Assembly (NCBI GenBank): GCA_036946625.1
Contig: JAQIIU010000003.1
Coordinates: 133,961-197,960 of the forward strand
Direction: 5' to 3'
Origin: Methylorubrum populi
GTDB taxonomy: Bacteria > Pseudomonadota > Alphaproteobacteria > Rhizobiales > Beijerinckiaceae
Length of the DNA stretch: 64,000 nt
The translations under genes and the position numbers were made by a program. This document shows positions 59,042-64,000 of this stretch, in pieces. Position 1 is the first letter of the stretch; the number at the start of each line of letters is the position of its first letter. Below the pieces are notes generated by a model. It had not been told where the DNA came from. It ran no database searches and was given only the letters and a program-made list of their open reading frames with translations.

Positions 59042-59921
59042 TCAGTCCATCAGCGCACCCAAAGTCTCAAAAAACTCTAGCATAAGCGCGGAAGGAGGAC
59101 GTGATTCCAGCGTTATGGCGACGACATCGAAAGCCAATGTCGGCCTCAGAGGACGAAAGGACAGAGTATCGCCTTGCTCACTGAGACCGGTGAAACTGTC
59201 GACCACCGCCATGCCGACACCCGCTCGTGCGAAGCGGGCTGCGACGAAGAACGTTCGGGCCGAAGCGACCTCGTTGAACTCAAGTCCGCGCCTGCGCCGC
59301 CTCCTGCTCGAACAGCGCTCCCAGGGGGCCGCTATGGACAGGGCTGATGATTTCGCGCTCCCGCACGCTTGCCAGGTCGATGCGCGGCGGCGCGTCGGGC
59401 ATGTCGCCTTCCCGATACAAGAGCCCCAACTCGCCTTCGCCAAGCCAGCGGTGCGCAAGCGGGAGGCCGGCAGGAACCTCGTAGGCGATGACTGCATCGG
59501 CTTCGCGTTCATAAAGCCGTCGGGCCAATTCATCGTGATGAACCGTCTGGAGGTCGAAAAACGTGCCCGGGCGGCGAGCGAGGAAGCGGGTCGCCGCTTG
59601 GGGCAAAAGATCGAGAGCCAGCGACGGAAGCGCTGAGATTCGGAGCGCGCGCCCCACCCCGCGGCGCAGATTCCGGCTGGTCTGACGGATCGAGGCAACC
59701 TTCGCCTGTACCTCGGCGACCTCTTCAAACAGTGTATGTGCATCCTCGGTTGGAACGAGTCGATTCTTCGTGCGCAGGAACAAAGGAAATCCGAGCCGCT
59801 GCTCCGCATGACGCAGAGTTGTTGTGACCGCCGGTTGCGAAATATTGAGGACTCTGGCTGCCGCGCTCACGGTTCCACTTACATAGACCGCGTGGAAGAT
59901 TTCCATATGTCGCAGGTTCAT
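59042..59921 (-). pseudogene. LysR-family transcriptional regulator carrying a frameshift (or a sequencing error)
   Basis: The N-terminal HTH plus most of the substrate domain is in one frame (59921 down to stop 59280). The C-terminal ...LEFNEVASARTFFVAARFARAGVGMAVVD... is in another frame (to 59042). Together they span 293 codons, the normal LysR length. Confidence 0.7.
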
Positions 59922-60113
59922 CGAGATTCAGCCGGGATCGGGTCTGGAAACCATCGAGCAAACCATAACGTAAATTTATGAGCACGGAAAGGATTGCGAT
60001 GGAGAACGCAACATCTTCCGCGCTATGCCTTGTTGATGGAGCCGAAGTCCGAGCAGCACATGGACTATCCCGGGTCGCTCACGAGGTTGGCGAAAGCACA
60101 TAGCGGTGCCGGG

Positions 60114-61340
60114 ATGGATGGCCGCTGTAGAAAGGCGGAAATCACGGCCAATCCCGCAAGGGGTTCCATGGTTGCAACGGTTCTTTTTCTGGCGTGGATT
60201 GTCGCCTACATGGACCGCGTGGTCATGGGGACGGCGATCATCCCGATGGCGAGCGAGTTCGGGCTCGACAGGGATCATCAAGGTCTCGTGCTGGGGGCCT
60301 TCTATGTCAGCTACGCTCTCATGCAGCTTGGAGGGGGATGGTTGACCGATCGGTTTGGCGCACGCCTCACCTTGATCGGCTGCCTTGCCTTCTGGTCGGC
60401 CTTCACGGGCATGACCGGGCTCGCCTGGTCCCTGGAGACCCTGCTTGTCGCGCGTCTCCTGTTCGGTCTGGGCGAAGGCGGCTTTGCCCCTGCGAGCGCA
60501 AGCGCGATCGCGACGATGTTTCCCGACAGATTCCGGGGGCGGCTACAGGCCCTGATGGGCAGCACAGTCTTCCTTGGCGGCGCGATGGGGGGCGCCACCA
60601 TGGCATGGACGATCGCGCGATTCGGTTGGCGCGCCACCTTCATCGGGCTGGCCGTCGTGGGCTTTGCCGTCATGATCGGCTTTATCGCAACGTTGCCTAG
60701 CCGCCCCGCAACCTGCCGCGAGCTCTCGTCCCATCCCCCGATCCGCTGGCGCGACGTCGCCGTCGCGCGTGGATTATGGCCGACCGCACTGCTCTGGTTT
60801 TGCATCAGTTTCACCTCTCTCGGGCTCCAATCGTGGATGCCATCCTATCTCGTCGCCACACAGAACATCGATATCGTTCATGTGGGCATCTACTCGATCA
60901 TTCCGGGGACATTGGGATTTCTGGCTACCAATCTGGCCGGACGACTTCTCGATGTCATGGGGATGGAAGCGTCCAAATATCTCATCATAGGCGGCGCCGG
61001 CGCAATCCTGTTCAGTGTCGTCCTGCTTCTGCTCTCGCCCTCTCTTTCCCTGCTGCTGATCGCCTGGTCTTTCTACATGCTGGCCTTCGGCTGCCTTTAC
61101 GCAAGCGTGCTGAGCGTGCCGGTCAAATCCCTGCCGCCTGCTATCGCAGGGCGCGCGATGGGCATCATCAATTTTTGCGGTCAGATCGCGGGCGCCATTG
61201 CTGCCGTCACGGTCGGAAAACTGATGACGGTGGCTCAAGGAGATTTCAGGATGGCTTTCTCTGTCTTTGTTGCCGCAAGTTTGATCGGATTAATCCTCTC
61301 CTTGCCGATGGCAAGATTGTATAAAACTTCCATCAAATGA
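60114..61340 (+). CDS. MFS transporter
   Basis: 12-TM-like hydrophobic pattern and MFS motifs (GWLTDRFGAR, FPDRFRGR). The start is uncertain, with candidate ATGs at 59994, 60036 and 60114. Confidence 0.8.
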   Translation: MDGRCRKAEITANPARGSMVATVLFLAWIVAYMDRVVMGTAIIPMASEFGLDRDHQGLVLGAFYVSYALMQLGGGWLTDRFGARLTLIGCLAFWSAFTGMTGLAWSLETLLVARLLFGLGEGGFAPASASAIATMFPDRFRGRLQALMGSTVFLGGAMGGATMAWTIARFGWRATFIGLAVVGFAVMIGFIATLPSRPATCRELSSHPPIRWRDVAVARGLWPTALLWFCISFTSLGLQSWMPSYLVATQNIDIVHVGIYSIIPGTLGFLATNLAGRLLDVMGMEASKYLIIGGAGAILFSVVLLLLSPSLSLLLIAWSFYMLAFGCLYASVLSVPVKSLPPAIAGRAMGIINFCGQIAGAIAAVTVGKLMTVAQGDFRMAFSVFVAASLIGLILSLPMARLYKTSIK

Positions 61341-61400
61341 TCATATCGTATTAATAATAGAATGAATTTCGTGGAAATTTCGCGATTGGCAGGAAGTATA

Positions 61401-62870
61401 ATGAAGATATATTGTGCTGGCCTCCTCACAGAGACCAATTGCTTCGTCAATCTGCCCACCAGCCTCGACACTTTTCTCAAGGGGAGAATCTTGCCTGGCG
61501 CCTGCCCGGTCGATGCCCCCGCGGTCGGGGCCGAACTCATGTTCGCGGCCAAGCGCAGGGCTGCGGCCGGCGAGTTCGAACTCGTGGAGGGGAGCTGCTT
61601 TCGCGCCTCGCCCGCCGGCCCGACAAGCACGCAGGCCTACGAAATGATGCGCGGGACACTGTGCGAGGAACTGCGCGCGGCGCTGCCTGTCGATGCGGTG
61701 CTTCTCGGCTTGCACGGCGGAATGTTCGCCTACCGCTATCCCGATACCGAGGGCGACCTGATCGCTCATATCAGGGGTGTCGTGGGGCCGGATGTCGTGA
61801 TCGGCGTGGAGTTCGATCCCCATTGCATCGTGAACGCGCAGCGCCTCGACAACGCGGACATCGTTGTCCTGTACAAGGAATACCCCCATACCGACATCGT
61901 CGAGCAGGCCGATCGGCTGATCGATCTGGTAACGCGTGCCGTCGCCGGGCAATTCCGTCCGGCCGTTTCGCTGTTCGACTGCCGTCAGGTGGACAGCTAC
62001 CCAACGACCGGCCCCGCCATGCGAAGGTTCGTCGACAAGCTGAAAGACATCGAGAACGCGGATGGAAAGGTGGAGAGTATCTCGCTCGTTCACGGATTCG
62101 TTTACGGGGACTCTCCGGACCTCAGCACTCGGCTGCTGGTCATCACCAACGATGCCAAGGATCATGGGGATGCGCTCGCGACCCGGCTGGGCGAAGAGTT
62201 GATCGCCTTGCGGGGGCAAACCGCCTCTCCGCTGTTGGACATCGATGCCGCCATCGACCAAGCGATGGGGGCATCCTCCGCTCCCGTCGTGATAGCCGAT
62301 CCCACCGACAATGCGGGGGGCGGAGCTCCCTCGGACAACACCGATGTCTTGGCTCGCCTGATCGAACGGAAGAGTTCCAACGTCGCGGTCGGCCCCATCT
62401 GGGATCCGGGCGCCGTCCGGCTATGCGTGGATTCCGGCGTAGGAGCATCGATTCCGCTGAGGCTGGGCGGCAAGGTCGCCTCGACTTCGGGAGTGCCGCT
62501 GGATTGCCAAGTCACGGTGACGGGCGCGCAACTGCAGTCCTGGCAGGTGTTCGGCAGCAGCCGCGTCCCGGCCGGGGAAAGCGTTGCGATCCGGATCGGT
62601 GAAATCGACGTGGTCCTGACCAGTGAACGAACCCAGGCCTTCAGTATCGATCTCTTTTCCCACGTGGGCATCGACGTACAGCGGAAGCAGGCCGTGTTCC
62701 TCAAATCCGTCAATCACTTCATGGCATCCTTCGGTCCGATTGCCAGTCAAGTCCTCTATGTGAACGGAGGCGGACCGTTGCAGCGCGATTATGCGAAGTT
62801 GCCCTACCGTCACGTTCGCCGGCCGCTCTGGCCGATCGACGAGCGCGCGAAGGGAAGTCTGATTTACTGA
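61401..62870 (+). CDS. M81-family metallopeptidase (MlrC / microcystinase C-like)
   Basis: MKIYCAGLLTETNCF..., LHGGMF...DTEGD and EYPHTD... fit the MlrC N- and C-domain architecture as I recall it. An AGGAAG RBS precedes ATG 61401. Confidence 0.75.
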   Translation: MKIYCAGLLTETNCFVNLPTSLDTFLKGRILPGACPVDAPAVGAELMFAAKRRAAAGEFELVEGSCFRASPAGPTSTQAYEMMRGTLCEELRAALPVDAVLLGLHGGMFAYRYPDTEGDLIAHIRGVVGPDVVIGVEFDPHCIVNAQRLDNADIVVLYKEYPHTDIVEQADRLIDLVTRAVAGQFRPAVSLFDCRQVDSYPTTGPAMRRFVDKLKDIENADGKVESISLVHGFVYGDSPDLSTRLLVITNDAKDHGDALATRLGEELIALRGQTASPLLDIDAAIDQAMGASSAPVVIADPTDNAGGGAPSDNTDVLARLIERKSSNVAVGPIWDPGAVRLCVDSGVGASIPLRLGGKVASTSGVPLDCQVTVTGAQLQSWQVFGSSRVPAGESVAIRIGEIDVVLTSERTQAFSIDLFSHVGIDVQRKQAVFLKSVNHFMASFGPIASQVLYVNGGGPLQRDYAKLPYRHVRRPLWPIDERAKGSLIY

Positions 62871-62964
62871 CCGCGCAGGCTCACGCCGTCACGATCTGCC
62901 GATTTCCGGAACACGCAGAGTTCTCAAGACCGCTTCGTCTGTTCTCTTGGAGGAGTGAATACCC

Positions 62965-64000
62965 ATGACACCCGACTTTTCGGCCTCGAGCCGGAGCGCG
63001 AGGCACTGCGGTGCGCTGGCGGTGCTGCTCGCCGCGCTCGCCGGCTCGCCGACCGCTTCGTCGGCGCAGACCGCCGTCACCACGACGACGGCGACCGGCG
63101 TCGGCGACGGACGGGTCTCCGCCTTCTACACTTGGACGGAGCAACTGCCCGACCGGCCGGGAAAGCTTCTGCGGAGCGAAGCGCTTGCCCCCGACCAAGG
63201 CTTGGCCGACGCAGGCGAGCAGCGCCGCATCCTCTACACCGCAACCGACGGTGTTGCCGGGCAGGGCATCGTCGCGGTCTCCGGCGCCCTGTTCCTGCCG
63301 AAGGGGGAGGCGCCGAAGGGCGGCTGGCCGCTCGTCGCCTGGGCGCACGGCACGGTCGGCATCGCCGACATCTGCGCACCGTCCTGGGCCGGCCGCAGCT
63401 ATCGCGACACCGCCTATCTCAACGCGTGGCTGCGCAAGGGCTACGCGATCGTAGCGACCGATTATCAAGGGTTGGGTACGCCGGGAACGCATCCTTACAA
63501 TCAGATGCGGCCGCAAGCCTACAGCGTCCTCGACGGCATCCGCGGCTCCAAGGCGGCCGAGCCGCGACTCGGAGAGAAATCGGTCGTGGTCGGCCAGTCG
63601 CAGGGAGGCGGCGCGGCCTTCGCGACTGCGGCCTATCACGCGGCCTATGCCCCGGACGTGGCGCTCGTCGGCGCGGTGGCGACCGGCACCCCCTATATCA
63701 CCCCGACCTTCCTGTCGGCCATGGGGAAGGGCCTGTCCGACAAGGTCGACCCGACGCTCGCCTATCACTTCTATCTGGCGCTGACGGCGGGGGGACCGGG
63801 CGCGGTCGAGCGTATCTTCACCGAGCGCGCGCAGCCGGTCGTCGCATCGGCCGGTCTGAGTTGCATCTTTGCCGCGCGAGCAGATGTGATCTTCGCGCAA
63901 TTGACCCCGGCCAACACGCTCAACCCGGCCGCGCTCGGGGCATTGTTGCCGCGCATCTTGGCAGTGACGCGTTATCCGACGCTGCGCCCGGATGTGCCTG
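62965..64000 (+). CDS. Secreted lipase-family protein (LIP/secretory lipase-like alpha/beta hydrolase), 3' end beyond the window
   Basis: My own translation starts at ATG 62965 (GGAGGAG RBS). It has a signal peptide (ALAVLLAALAGSPTASSAQ) and the nucleophile elbow GQSQGG. It is not in the ORF track because it is open at the window edge. Confidence 0.65.
   Translation, partial: MTPDFSASSRSARHCGALAVLLAALAGSPTASSAQTAVTTTTATGVGDGRVSAFYTWTEQLPDRPGKLLRSEALAPDQGLADAGEQRRILYTATDGVAGQGIVAVSGALFLPKGEAPKGGWPLVAWAHGTVGIADICAPSWAGRSYRDTAYLNAWLRKGYAIVATDYQGLGTPGTHPYNQMRPQAYSVLDGIRGSKAAEPRLGEKSVVVGQSQGGGAAFATAAYHAAYAPDVALVGAVATGTPYITPTFLSAMGKGLSDKVDPTLAYHFYLALTAGGPGAVERIFTERAQPVVASAGLSCIFAARADVIFAQLTPANTLNPAALGALLPRILAVTRYPTLRPDVP

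Overview
This is a very G+C-rich alphaproteobacterial chromosome segment. It looks like a Methylobacterium/Methylorubrum-type methylotroph; that guess is an inference from an Fae-family gene, an RcGTA-like cluster, aerobic-pathway cob genes and a characteristic palindromic repeat family. All protein calls come from reading the translated ORFs and recognising motifs and families from memory. No database search was run.

Layout:
- 1-15751 (minus strand): a complete RcGTA-type gene transfer agent cluster running g1/terminase, portal, prohead protease, HK97 capsid, connector/adaptor, tail, tape measure, g12-g15, then the start of a DUF2793 gene. It is interrupted between capsid and connector by two oppositely oriented secreted trypsin-like protease genes.
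- 16398-27821: a cobalamin locus. A cobalamin riboswitch is followed by cbtB-cbtA-DUF1636-cobW-(Uma2 nuclease)-cobN-cobG-cobH-cobI-cobJ on the minus strand, with divergent cobU-cobO on the plus strand.
- 27845-33702: small accessory genes, namely an orphan HigA-like HTH protein, an Fae paralogue, a lipoprotein, an alpha/beta hydrolase and a PAS hybrid histidine kinase.
- 33754-40708: a MoxR-DUF58-DUF4159-membrane protein module.
- 40943-50365: core genes, namely PaaI thioesterase, DUF1285, CoA pyrophosphatase, cca, GNAT, secA, a parvulin PPIase and ung.
- 50428-58821: a 5'-nucleotidase remnant, a sharply AT-rich spacer, a cheA-cheW-mcp-cheW-cheR-cheB cluster with no cheY, and an IS3 remnant abutting cheB.
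- 59042-64000: a visibly lower-GC block with a frameshifted LysR gene, an MFS transporter, an M81/MlrC-like peptidase and a secreted lipase that runs off the window.

No rRNA, tRNA or CRISPR array was seen. I see no unambiguous brand-new system. The best candidates for a second look are the protease pair embedded in the GTA operon, the in-frame palindromic element inside cobN, the structured portal-protease spacer, and the CheY-less chemosensory module bounded by an AT-rich spacer and an IS scar.
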